Below are positions 48,562 to 57,936 of a stretch of DNA of 64,000 nucleotides, one piece after another. A model generated the notes under the pieces. It was given only the letters and a program-made list of their open reading frames with translations. It searched no databases and had not been told where the DNA came from. The stretch lies in contig OZ219753.1 in the NCBI GenBank assembly GCA_964291315.2, positions 608,001-672,000 of the forward strand, given 5' to 3'. Both the position numbers and the translations under genes were made by a program. Within the stretch, counting starts at the first letter, position 1, and the number at the start of each line of letters is the position of its first letter. The DNA is from Candidatus Poribacteria bacterium. GTDB taxonomy: Bacteria; Poribacteria; WGA-4E; WGA-3G.

Positions 48562-49704
48562 ATAGCTAGAAAGCCTTTTATACCGTTTAGTCGTCCTTGG
48601 ATTGACGACACCGAAATCGAAGCTGTTAGCCAAGTGCTCACCTCCAAATGGATTAGCATGGGTACTAGAGTGCGTGAGTTTGAACGTGCTTTCGCGGGAT
48701 ACCTCGGGGTGAAGCATGCGATTGCTGTGAGTTCCTGTACAGCGGCACTACATCTGAGTCTGGTTGTAGCCGGTGTCAGTAGTGGCGACGAGGTCATCAC
48801 AACACCTTACACCTTCACTGCGACAGCTGAAGCAATTGGATATGTCGGGGCGAAGCCTGTTTTTGTTGACATCCGGCCCGATACATTAAATATTGATGTG
48901 ACCCAGATTGAAGAGGCGATAACTCCGCGCACGAAGGCGATACTACCCGTACATTTTGCTGGTTTTTCTTGCGATATGGAGACCTTACAGAACATCTGTC
49001 AAGCTCATGACCTCACGCTCATCGACGACGCAGCTCACGCCATTCCGGCCGAATATAAAGGTCAATACATTGGTAGTATCGGTGATTTATCCGCTTTTAG
49101 TTTCTACGCCAATAAAAATCTCACGACAGGAGAAGGAGGTATGATTACGACTCACAATGACGTATTCGCTAAACGTCTCCGAACGATGCGGCTTCACGGC
49201 ATCGACAAAGATGCGTGGGTGCGCCAATCACAGCGGAGCATTTGGCGGTACGACATCGCGACTGAAGGGTATAAGTACAACATGACAGATATTCAAGCGG
49301 CGATGGGATTGTGCCAACTCAGGAAACTCAACAAACAGCATAAACGCCGCCGAGATTTTGCCCATATCTATCAAAAGGAACTATCGAATTTCCCACAAAT
49401 CAGTACTCCTGCGATACCTAATAATCCGAACACACATTCTTGGCACCTCTACATTATCCAACTCCACACTGGTAACAGGGATGCCTTTGTCGAAGCCCTA
49501 CACGCCGCAAACATTGAATGCAGTGTCCACTATATCCCTTTACACCTCTTCGAGTTTTATCAGAAAAAATACGGGTATCGTACAGGCGACTTTCCGTGTG
49601 CCGAGGCGGCGTTTGAACGCGTTGTCAGTCTTCCGCTTCACCCCGGGTTAACCGAGGCGGAGATTTATATCGTAATTGATGAGATAAGGAAAATTGTTGC
49701 TTAA
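48562..49704 (+). CDS. DegT/DnrJ/EryC1/StrS PLP-dependent sugar aminotransferase
   Basis: SSCTAALHL, PVHFAG, DAAHA, FSFYANKNLTTGEGG, GYKYNMTDIQAAMG. Homology extends upstream of the track start (48634) to an ATA codon at 48562 (IPFSRPWI). Confidence 0.92.
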   Translation: MARKPFIPFSRPWIDDTEIEAVSQVLTSKWISMGTRVREFERAFAGYLGVKHAIAVSSCTAALHLSLVVAGVSSGDEVITTPYTFTATAEAIGYVGAKPVFVDIRPDTLNIDVTQIEEAITPRTKAILPVHFAGFSCDMETLQNICQAHDLTLIDDAAHAIPAEYKGQYIGSIGDLSAFSFYANKNLTTGEGGMITTHNDVFAKRLRTMRLHGIDKDAWVRQSQRSIWRYDIATEGYKYNMTDIQAAMGLCQLRKLNKQHKRRRDFAHIYQKELSNFPQISTPAIPNNPNTHSWHLYIIQLHTGNRDAFVEALHAANIECSVHYIPLHLFEFYQKKYGYRTGDFPCAEAAFERVVSLPLHPGLTEAEIYIVIDEIRKIVA

Positions 49705-49772
49705 TGCGCTAATAGTAAATATTTTTGCTTGTATCCTTATAAAATAGCTCCGCAAATTTGCCACAACAAAAA

Positions 49773-50348
49773 ATGAAGATGCAAACACTTAACTCGCCAA
49801 AAGCTGCGTTCTATCAAATCATCCCCACCGAGGTCTGCTTTTCGTGTGATGTATGCTGTCGATTTTTAGAGGCAGACAGTCCGCTTGCTCCTATCTTCAC
49901 GGAAGTAGAAAGAGAGAAGGTAGTAACACACGGGGCGGATCCCTCCGTGTTCCGTTCACAAACCGACGGAAAGAGCGCGCAGATTCAACTAAAACCGCAC
50001 GAGAATTTCTACATCTGCCCCTTTTTCGACTCAGAAACCGGATGCTGTACCATCTATCCGATGCGCCCGCTTGATTGTCAACTTTATCCGTTTGCCTTGA
50101 TGTTCAGTGAAGACGGAAGCGAAGTTGTGCTCGGTGTAGACACCCTCTGCCCATTCGCAGAGGAACGCTTCGAGACAGAAATTTTTCAGCGGCACATCCG
50201 CGATGTCGTCAATTATGTTGAATCCGAAGAGATTAACGAGCAGATCATCTCGAACTGGAGTCTCATCGGCGAATACCAAGATGCTGTGAGGATTGTCCAC
50301 ACGCTTAGACGTAGTGATCTTCTGATTGCTATGCTTCGGACGAGTTGA
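49773..50348 (+). CDS. YkgJ/CxxCxxCC family Zn/Fe-S cluster protein
   Basis: CFSCDVCC, CPFF....CCTIYPMRPLDCQLYPF. Confidence 0.85.
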   Translation: MKMQTLNSPKAAFYQIIPTEVCFSCDVCCRFLEADSPLAPIFTEVEREKVVTHGADPSVFRSQTDGKSAQIQLKPHENFYICPFFDSETGCCTIYPMRPLDCQLYPFALMFSEDGSEVVLGVDTLCPFAEERFETEIFQRHIRDVVNYVESEEINEQIISNWSLIGEYQDAVRIVHTLRRSDLLIAMLRTS

Positions 50349-50351
50349 ACG

Positions 50352-51272
50352 ATGAGACTGCAACCGTTAACACGCAATGACAAACCAATTTTTGATGGAT
50401 ACATGTGTCAAGCGTCCCCGTGTTTGTCAAGTTATGCGTTCGCTCCGATCTATATATGGCGAGATCATTTCATGTTTTATTGGGGAGAGATAGCAAAATA
50501 TCTGTGTGTTTACGCAAAACAGGGCGAGGACTATTTCATGCCAATTTTGCCTATTCCCTATGAGCTCGGCAGCTGTAATTATCTGAATGCGGTGTGTGAG
50601 GCGTATCGGTTTATGTTGAAATCCAGTCGAAATCTGCACATTGCACGCATCGAAAATGTGCCACAGGAAATGTTCTGTCTCTTTGAGAAAAACGGGTTTT
50701 GTGGTACTCTGAAGGAGCCGGAATATCTTTATGAAACGGAGGCCCTTAGCAGTTTAAGGGGCAATCGCTACAAGAGTAAGCGGAGCTCGTATAACGCTTT
50801 TGTCAGACGTTACCCGTCGTTAAAGCTCATCCGGTATTATCCGACTGACCGCGAGGCATGTTTCGCGCTTTATGAGGCATGGTACACTGAACGTGCTTCA
50901 CAAATCAACAGTGAAGTCTATCGCGCGATGCTTGACGATTCTCGGGCCGCGCACCGAACCGCTATTACACATGCAGATGTACTTGGATTGGTCGGTAGGG
51001 TCGTCCGTATTAACGGTGAGATCAGAGGTTATACTTTCGGCTATCCGCTAAACGCTGATACATTCTGTGTATTGCTTGAAGTCACGGACCTTGATATAAG
51101 GGGGCTGGCACAATTTATTTTTCGGGAATTCTGTCGTGAGTTCGTGGGGACTTACAAATGGATTAATGCTATGGACGATTCAGGATTAGAGAACCTAAGG
51201 CGTGTCAAACTTTCCTATTACCCGACTCACCTGATTCCCTCTTATAATGTGATGATTCGGCAAGCCTTATAG
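50352..51272 (+). CDS. Stand-alone DUF2156 (aminoacyl-tRNA transferase-like GNAT) protein
   Basis: EYLY....L..LRGNRY.SKR..YN.F, GYTFG, RGLAQFIF, WINAMDDSGLENLRRVKLSY.P. Confidence 0.82.
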   Translation: MRLQPLTRNDKPIFDGYMCQASPCLSSYAFAPIYIWRDHFMFYWGEIAKYLCVYAKQGEDYFMPILPIPYELGSCNYLNAVCEAYRFMLKSSRNLHIARIENVPQEMFCLFEKNGFCGTLKEPEYLYETEALSSLRGNRYKSKRSSYNAFVRRYPSLKLIRYYPTDREACFALYEAWYTERASQINSEVYRAMLDDSRAAHRTAITHADVLGLVGRVVRINGEIRGYTFGYPLNADTFCVLLEVTDLDIRGLAQFIFREFCREFVGTYKWINAMDDSGLENLRRVKLSYYPTHLIPSYNVMIRQAL

Positions 51273-51289
51273 GGCAGAGAGCTAGGAAC

Positions 51290-52003
51290 ATGAGAGCAGC
51301 ACTGATTTTTCTCAACGGTTATTACGACCTACGCTATTGTGCCTTCTATTTTCACGAGATTAAAAACGCAGTAGAAAATCGGTTTCCGCTTATCTGTGCG
51401 GATGGTGGTATTCGTATCTTTGATGAGTTAAACCGGCGCGCAGCACTACCCATTGTTCCTGACGTACACATTGGGGATATGGACTCGGTTTCGGGCAACG
51501 CCACAAAAGCGAAACAGACGGTTCAGGAGTGGATTGGGCAGACGGACAAAGATTGGACAGATGGGCAGCTCGCTGTGGATTATGCCTTAGAGCAGTACGG
51601 GTGCCGACAGATCATCATTTACGGAGGTTTGCCGCGCCCAAACAGATATGAGACGGATCAATTTCTTGGGAATTTAAAACTGATGTGTTTTGGACGTTAC
51701 CGGCTTTCTACAAGTGAAAACTACAGAGCCGAGATGCGGGATCCGAGACAAACCATCCACTATGTTTTATCGACAATCCGACTGTTCCGAAAAAGCAGTG
51801 GGTTGCAACGCGTTTCACTGATTGCCGATGTTCCAAACGCGGTCGTCGAAAAGAGCGAAAATTTGCGTTGGGAGTTAGCATCGTTTCACATTCATCCAGA
51901 TTTAACAAATGCCCTTCGCAACGAATTTAGAGAAGGTGCGGACTCGGTGAGCCTTCGGTTGATTGAAACGTCCGCCCCTGTTTACGTAATTCACAATTGG
52001 TAG
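51290..52003 (+). CDS. Divergent thiamine pyrophosphokinase-like protein
   Basis: IFLNG, ICADGG, IGDMDSV, DKDWTDGQLAV; the usual GGRxDH region is altered. Confidence 0.65.
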   Translation: MRAALIFLNGYYDLRYCAFYFHEIKNAVENRFPLICADGGIRIFDELNRRAALPIVPDVHIGDMDSVSGNATKAKQTVQEWIGQTDKDWTDGQLAVDYALEQYGCRQIIIYGGLPRPNRYETDQFLGNLKLMCFGRYRLSTSENYRAEMRDPRQTIHYVLSTIRLFRKSSGLQRVSLIADVPNAVVEKSENLRWELASFHIHPDLTNALRNEFREGADSVSLRLIETSAPVYVIHNW

Positions 52004-52956
52004 GTGAGTACGGATTTAAGCGTTTCTGTGTCCAAGTTCCCGCCGCTCATCACCATCACTACGCGTTTGCCTGCGAGTCTATCCGTGAGTTTATATGCTG
52101 CTGCGATGGGTGCCGCGCCCGCGCCTTCTGCCAGATTGTGCGTCCAGCGCACTGCTGAGCGAATACCGTCCTGCAGCTCGGCTTCACTGACGAGAACGAT
52201 ATCGTGAATGCCCTCTTGGATAATGGAGAGTGGCAACGGAAATGCGGAACGTGTTGCAAGGCCATCGGCAATTGTATCACATGAATCGGTTTCCACAGGT
52301 TCTCCGGCTTTCCAAGATCGGTAGATAGCTGGTGCGTTTTCTGCTTGCACGCCAATGACTTTAGTGCTCGGTTTAATCGCTTTCGAGACAGTAATAGCAC
52401 CGCAACACCCGCTCCCGCCTCCAATAGGTACGATAATTGCATCTACATCCGGAACACTTTCGAAGATCTCAATCGAATAGGTGCCGACCCCGTGAAACAG
52501 CGCTGGTTCCATACATGGATGAACGTAGTAAAGATCTCGCGCTGCTTGGAGTTTTTCGCACAATTCAAGGGCCTCGTCAAAATCCGATCCGTGTTCAATC
52601 AGCTCAGCCCCTAAGGCTTTCATCGCACAGTTCTTCTCGGGGTTGTTTCCATGGGGTACAACAACCGTTGCCTTGACATCGAACGCTGCTGCAGCGTAAG
52701 CAATAGATTGACCGTGGTTTCCACGGGTTGCTGTAATCACGCCTTTTTTGCGGTGGGCTTTCGGTAGATGACGCATGAAGTTCAGTCCACCTCGCACCTT
52801 AAAGCTCCCAGTCGGCAGATGATTTTCGTGTTTGATGTATGCTTGGAATCCAAGCCGTTTGGATAACTCAGGATAATGGATTACAGGTGTCTCTTTTAAA
52901 AAGCGCTCCATAACCTGTCTTGCGCTAACAATATTTTCAAATGTAACAGCTTTCAC
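51991..52956 (-). CDS. Threonine/serine dehydratase-like PLP enzyme
   Basis: KHEN..PTGSFKVRGG, TRGNHGQS, VPIGGGSG, TIADGLA, AEGAGAA, SGGN. Confidence 0.92.
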   Translation of the reverse strand: MKAVTFENIVSARQVMERFLKETPVIHYPELSKRLGFQAYIKHENHLPTGSFKVRGGLNFMRHLPKAHRKKGVITATRGNHGQSIAYAAAAFDVKATVVVPHGNNPEKNCAMKALGAELIEHGSDFDEALELCEKLQAARDLYYVHPCMEPALFHGVGTYSIEIFESVPDVDAIIVPIGGGSGCCGAITVSKAIKPSTKVIGVQAENAPAIYRSWKAGEPVETDSCDTIADGLATRSAFPLPLSIIQEGIHDIVLVSEAELQDGIRSAVRWTHNLAEGAGAAPIAAAYKLTDRLAGKRVVMVMSGGNLDTETLKSVLTYQL

Positions 52957-53345
52957 ATGTTACTCCTTCGCCTTCCCCTGTAGGCGGTATTTCCAAAGTT
53001 TATAGGTGTCGGAAATCGGGGGGCACCTGCAGAAGAAATGCACACCGTAGAAAGTACAACACCAAAGAATAAACGTTTTTGAAATGATAGCTTGTCGACC
53101 TAGAAAGTCTTAATATAGTAGCATGCTTAAACGAGCATCTCAAAGTTAATCGCGGAGGAGCGAAGATCTATGACACAAGAGTGGCAGTCTATGCAATTAG
53201 AATCTGTGTTGGGAGATGCTCAGGAATATACCTGCAGCGTCGCCGAAATAAAAGAGAAAAGCTCTTTAAGGGAGCCACCTTTTGCTTTTGGTTCTGGTGA
53301 ACGAACGCTGACCTTCACTCCTTCATCGCCGCCGCGAGAATGTAC

Positions 53346-53374
53346 TTGCAAGTTGGCAAGAAATGTGGTATCCT
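53346..53374 (+). promoter_or_regulatory. Promoter for the CBS-CBS-korAB operon
   Basis: TTGCAA-17 nt-TATCCT with TG at the extended -10 position. Confidence 0.45.
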
Positions 53375-53452
53375 TTATTAACACGAGGTAATATAGAAAA
53401 GTAAGAAACTAAAATCCGTTTTCTGACGTTATAATTTAAAGGAATATACGCG

Positions 53453-53881
53453 ATGGACGCAAGAACGCTGTCTTTACCAATTAGTACGCTCGATTACAAA
53501 CAACCTGTTACCGTGCAAATCGGTTCTCCGGTTTCCGTTGCCATTGATATGATGCAGGAAGAAAGGAAAGGGTGTGTTCTCGTTGTTGATGCGGATGAAC
53601 AATTAGTTGGAATCATCACCGAACGTGACTTAATCCGTCACGTTAGCGGGCAGCGTGCTGCGCCCTCAGCATTTAAGGTTGAGCAGGTGATGACAGCGGA
53701 ACCGGAAACGCTCCGCGCTAGTGATCCGATTGCTTTTGCCCTAAACTTGATGCACCTAGGACATTTTCGACACTTACCTCTCTGCGTCTGGGACGACCAA
53801 GGTGAAGCGTATCCGATCGGTATAGTTTCAACCCGCGATATTCTCGAACATATCGCTATATTCATAGAAAATCAAGCGTGA
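53453..53881 (+). CDS. CBS domain protein
   Basis: GCVLVVD..LVGIITERDL, VMT..P, FRHLP, GIVSTRDI. Confidence 0.92.
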   Translation: MDARTLSLPISTLDYKQPVTVQIGSPVSVAIDMMQEERKGCVLVVDADEQLVGIITERDLIRHVSGQRAAPSAFKVEQVMTAEPETLRASDPIAFALNLMHLGHFRHLPLCVWDDQGEAYPIGIVSTRDILEHIAIFIENQA

Positions 53882-53890
53882 GGGGCAACT

Positions 53891-54424
53891 ATGCTTTATG
53901 ATTTAGCTATTAATGAAGAATTGGAGCAGATGGACCAAGAGGCTGCACTAAGGGCATGGGACGCGCGAGAAATTCAGGTGTCGCTCAAAAATCTGATGCG
54001 CCCTATTGTCACTGTCGACATCAATAGCAGTGTGAACGAGGCGATTGACTTACTCTTAGCAAAGAATGTCGGCGCAGCGCCTGTCGTAGAAGACGGTTAT
54101 CTATGTGGAATTTTCAGTGAGAGAGATGTCCTAAATAAAATTCTTAACAAACAGGTTGGAGATCTGGACCACGTGGGTGTTAGACACTTCATGATAGCGA
54201 ACCCCCAGACAGCGAAACCGGAAGATTCCTTGAACGCTGCGATTCTCTATATGGCGCGCGGCCACTACCGACATGTTCCTATTGTTGATGCAGCGAACCG
54301 GCCGATAGGCATGGTTTCGATTCGTGATGTTATCTCATATCTCGTCGAGGAATTTCCGCAAGAAGTTTTAGCACTTCCTCCGAGGCCCGTTCGAGATGCT
54401 ATGAAAGCCCGAGAAGGGGCCTAA
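53891..54424 (+). CDS. CBS domain protein
   Basis: VGAAPVV, GIFSERDV, YRHVPIVD, GMVSIRDV. Confidence 0.92.
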   Translation: MLYDLAINEELEQMDQEAALRAWDAREIQVSLKNLMRPIVTVDINSSVNEAIDLLLAKNVGAAPVVEDGYLCGIFSERDVLNKILNKQVGDLDHVGVRHFMIANPQTAKPEDSLNAAILYMARGHYRHVPIVDAANRPIGMVSIRDVISYLVEEFPQEVLALPPRPVRDAMKAREGA

Positions 54425-54495
54425 ATGTTTTAGTATCATATTGTGTAGAGGCGCTCACTTTTTAGAGATGTCTCTATCAGAAAAAGGAAGCTATT

Positions 54496-56355
54496 GTGAT
54501 GCGCAAGCCAGTAGAACAAATTGAGGAGGCGATTATCCTATTTGCTGGCGACTCGGGGGATGGGTCGCAGACCATTGGCACACAAATGACAGAAACGACT
54601 GCCCTCATAGGTAATGATGTCGCTACGCTACCGGATTATCCTGCTGAGATTCGCGCTCCCGCCGGGTCGCTAGCTGGGATCTCCGGGTTCCAACTCCGTT
54701 TCTCAAGTGAACAGATTCATACACCAGGAGATCTCTGTGATGTGCTTGTAGCGATGAACCCTGCAGCGTTAAAAGTCCATCTTCATAAACTTAAACCAAA
54801 CGGTATTCTTATTCTTAATCTTGATAACTTTGCAAGGCGCTCGCTGCGTCTCGCCGGATACGAGAACAATCCGCTTGAAGATGGCACACTCGCCAAGTAC
54901 CAGGTTTTCCGGGTCGAGCTCACACGTCTCACTCGCAAAGCTCTGGAAACAACAGACCTTTCCACACGAGAGATTGACCGGTGTAAAAACTTTTTCGCGC
55001 TCGGTATGATCTTATGGCTCTACAACCGTTCCCTGGAATATACAATGAAGTGGGTGAAGGCGAAGTTCGCCAATAGGCCTCAGTATATAGAAGGTAACGT
55101 TCTAGCTCTCCGCGCCGGCAATGCCTACTGTGAGGCCACTGAACAGTTTGCTGTTTCCTATGAGGTGAAACCCGCGCCCTTTGAACCTGGAACTTACCGG
55201 AACATCGAAGGGAACATGGCAACTGTGCTTGGCCTCATCGCAGCTTCACATCAATCGGGGCTTCCTCTCGTCTACGGAAGCTATCCTATAACCCCGGCGA
55301 GTGATATTCTACATGGACTCGCCCAATATCGGAATTTCGGGGTTGTAACGATGCAAATGGAAGATGAGATCGCTGCCGTTGGGGTCGCAATTGGTGCTGC
55401 GTTTAGTGGTTCACTCGGTGTAACCGGGAGTAGCGGTCCCGGGCTTGCCCTTAAGTCTGAAGCCATCAATCTTGCTATGATTGCAGAGTTGCCGCTTGTG
55501 GTGTGCAACATCCAGCGTGCAGGCCCCTCAACCGGAATGCCCACGAAGACAGAACAGTCCGATCTGTTGCAAATGTTTTACGGTAGGAATGGAGAATCGC
55601 CTATTCCGATCGTTGCGCCCTCTCGCCCGTCCGACTGTTTTGAGACTGTTTACGAAGCTTGCCGTATCGCGGTGAAGTATAGGACCCCGGTGATCTTCCT
55701 TTCAGATCTCTATATCGGTATGGGGGCTGAACCGTGGAAAATTCCGGATCTCTCTGAATTACCTGAAATTAAAGCGGATTTTGCACGACGCGAGCATGCC
55801 CATGGGAATGGATTTGAACCCTATCAGCGCGATCCGGAGACCTTAGCGCGGCCGTGGGCGAAACCTGGTACTCCCGGCTTAGAACACCGTATCGGCGGCT
55901 TAGAAAAGTCCGATATAACAGGTCATGTCAGTTATGATTCTGAGAACCACCAAAGGATGGTAGAAATCCGGGCAGAAAAAGTTGCGCGCATCGCTAGGGA
56001 TATGCCGTCGACAGAGATATTTGGTGCGCAGGAGGGCGACCTTCTACTTCTCGGATGGGGCGGTACTTACGGTACAATCCGAACCGCAGTAGAAGATTGC
56101 ATTGAAGACGGTCTCCCGGTTGCACACGTTCATCTTCGACACCTTAATCCTTTTCCCAAAGATTTAGCTGACATCCTAAATAGATTTACAAAAGTTCTAA
56201 TTCCCGAACTCAACAGTGGTCAGCTCCTCCAACTTATCCGTGCCACCTATCTTATCGATGCAATTGGGTTTAACAAGGTGCAGGGGCAACCTTTCCATGT
56301 TTTTGAGTTGCAGTCCAAAATTGCCGCGATATTTAAAGAATTAGGGCGCTTTTAG
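54496..56355 (+). CDS. korA: 2-oxoacid:acceptor oxidoreductase alpha subunit (gamma-alpha fusion)
   Basis: AGDSGDG, PAEIRAPAG, YPITPAS, EDEIAA, SGPG, QRAGPSTGMPTK, HRIGGLEK. Confidence 0.95.
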   Translation: MMRKPVEQIEEAIILFAGDSGDGSQTIGTQMTETTALIGNDVATLPDYPAEIRAPAGSLAGISGFQLRFSSEQIHTPGDLCDVLVAMNPAALKVHLHKLKPNGILILNLDNFARRSLRLAGYENNPLEDGTLAKYQVFRVELTRLTRKALETTDLSTREIDRCKNFFALGMILWLYNRSLEYTMKWVKAKFANRPQYIEGNVLALRAGNAYCEATEQFAVSYEVKPAPFEPGTYRNIEGNMATVLGLIAASHQSGLPLVYGSYPITPASDILHGLAQYRNFGVVTMQMEDEIAAVGVAIGAAFSGSLGVTGSSGPGLALKSEAINLAMIAELPLVVCNIQRAGPSTGMPTKTEQSDLLQMFYGRNGESPIPIVAPSRPSDCFETVYEACRIAVKYRTPVIFLSDLYIGMGAEPWKIPDLSELPEIKADFARREHAHGNGFEPYQRDPETLARPWAKPGTPGLEHRIGGLEKSDITGHVSYDSENHQRMVEIRAEKVARIARDMPSTEIFGAQEGDLLLLGWGGTYGTIRTAVEDCIEDGLPVAHVHLRHLNPFPKDLADILNRFTKVLIPELNSGQLLQLIRATYLIDAIGFNKVQGQPFHVFELQSKIAAIFKELGRF

Positions 56356-56486
56356 CCTTGTGTATCTAAAATGTTTCTTGCTGGCGCAGCATGCATGTGT
56401 TTGGAATTTCGAAACGATTTCCAATGTCGTCAGCTACGATAATATACCTTCTATTATCGGCTTTACTGTAAAAGGTGGTAAACATC

Positions 56487-57557
56487 ATGAAAAAAGAAAG
56501 AACCCTGCGCGCTAAAAGGAAAGGAACATCACACATTCCGGCTGGCATCCGCACCCTCTCAAAAAAGGATTTTGAATCCGACCAAGACACCCGCTGGTGC
56601 CCTGGTTGTGGTGACTATTCTATTCTTGCCCAGACACAACGGATTATGCCTGAACTCGGCGTTCCGCGTGAGAACATTGTATTTATCTCCGGTATTGGGT
56701 GTTCAAGTCGGTTCCCGTACTACATGAACACCTACGGTTTCCATACGATCCACGGTAGAGCGCCAACGATTGCCTCGGGTGTCAAGATGGCAAACCCGGC
56801 CCTATCTGTCTGGGTGATCACAGGGGATGGCGATGCCCTCTCAATAGGAGGTAACCACTTTATCCATTTGATGCGCCGTAATTTCGACATCAACATGTTG
56901 CTTTTCAACAACCGCATCTACGGACTTACCAAGGGCCAATATTCTCCGACTTCAGAGCAAGGAAAGCAGACGTACTCAACTCCGCTCGGCTCTCTGGAGG
57001 CCCCCTTCAATCCGATCAGTCTCGCCCTAGCTTCGGGTGCGACTTTTGTTGCCCGTTCGCTTGACCGAGATCCGGATCACTTGCGGACGGTTATTAAGTC
57101 AGCCTTTGAACATAAGGGCACTTCCTTCATTGAAATTTACCAGAATTGTAACATCTTTAACGATGGTACTTTCTTTCAATACACAGAAAAAGAGACGAAG
57201 GCTGACAATACGGTGTTCTTGGAGCACGGTGAACCGCTCGTTTTCGGGGCAGAGCGAAACAAAGGTATCCGATTGAACGGGTTCCAACCTGAAGTTGTGG
57301 AAACCACAAGAGGGCAGTATACCACGGATGACCTTATCGTTCACGACCGATATGCTGAAGACACCACCTTAGCAAACTTTCTTGCGGGTATGAGTGACAC
57401 ACCTAATATGCCGCATCCGATCGGCATTTTCCGCAGTGTCCGCCATCCCTGTTATGAAGATGAGATGGTCAACCAGGTTCACAGCACAAAGGAACGGATG
57501 GGTGAGGGAGATCTTGAGGCACTACTCAACGCTGGTGAAACTTGGACAGTGTCATAG
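56487..57557 (+). CDS. korB: 2-oxoacid:ferredoxin oxidoreductase beta subunit
   Basis: WCPGCGD, SGIGCSSRFP, IHGRA, TGDGD..SIGGNH, NNRIYGLTKGQYSPT. Confidence 0.95.
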   Translation: MKKERTLRAKRKGTSHIPAGIRTLSKKDFESDQDTRWCPGCGDYSILAQTQRIMPELGVPRENIVFISGIGCSSRFPYYMNTYGFHTIHGRAPTIASGVKMANPALSVWVITGDGDALSIGGNHFIHLMRRNFDINMLLFNNRIYGLTKGQYSPTSEQGKQTYSTPLGSLEAPFNPISLALASGATFVARSLDRDPDHLRTVIKSAFEHKGTSFIEIYQNCNIFNDGTFFQYTEKETKADNTVFLEHGEPLVFGAERNKGIRLNGFQPEVVETTRGQYTTDDLIVHDRYAEDTTLANFLAGMSDTPNMPHPIGIFRSVRHPCYEDEMVNQVHSTKERMGEGDLEALLNAGETWTVS

Positions 57558-57684
57558 CAAAAGTTGCGATTCAGCAGCCCCTCTGTAAGAGTCCTTGCTG
57601 ATTTTCGACTACAAATGATTGTGTCCATTTGTTTTGCTATCTGCCCCTTCGAAGCGCTTCTAAGACCTTTGAAACAAATAGAGG

Positions 57685-57860
57685 GATTCCGCTTTCTGCC
57701 GCGATGGGGTCCTGAACTAGCACATCCATTGGGATCCCGGCCGTACATTCAACTTTTAGTAGGACTAATTGAATCGGGAGCTGTAATACCTCAATAACAA
57801 TAGTCAGTTGTTGGTCCACCAAGGACAGGGAGGTTCATCGTTGTCTACAGAGCGGTGTAG
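57685..57860 (+). ncRNA. Probable 6S RNA-like structured ncRNA
   Basis: Rod-like pairing CCGCTTTCTG/CAGAGCGG and TGAACT/GGTTCA enclosing a large internal loop. TGAAC..TGGGATCCC, GTACATTC..GGACTA and CCACC...GGTTCA segments resemble recalled Bacillus-type 6S motifs. Lies in an ORF-poor 380-nt gap. Confidence 0.45.
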
Positions 57861-57936
57861 GATGGCGGGTGTCACTTGGTGATTCAGAATCTGCGGCTGA
57901 GAAAGCGAGCTTACTTTATATCAAAGGTTACATTAT

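Noticed and set aside
53170-53391. 73-aa ORF with a strong RBS, a GAGCATCTC/GAGATGCTC inverted repeat, and a minus-strand CIDCH (CxxCH) word
   Set aside because: No recognisable family; the ORF runs through the predicted promoter of the next operon; the CxxCH lies in a short frame closed by stops. Support is too weak to call.
57760-57810. GACTA...TAGTC pair resembling group I intron P7; also short OLE-like words
   Set aside because: There is no room for a P4-P6 domain, no interrupted host gene, and the region is much shorter than OLE RNA. A 6S-like fold fits better.
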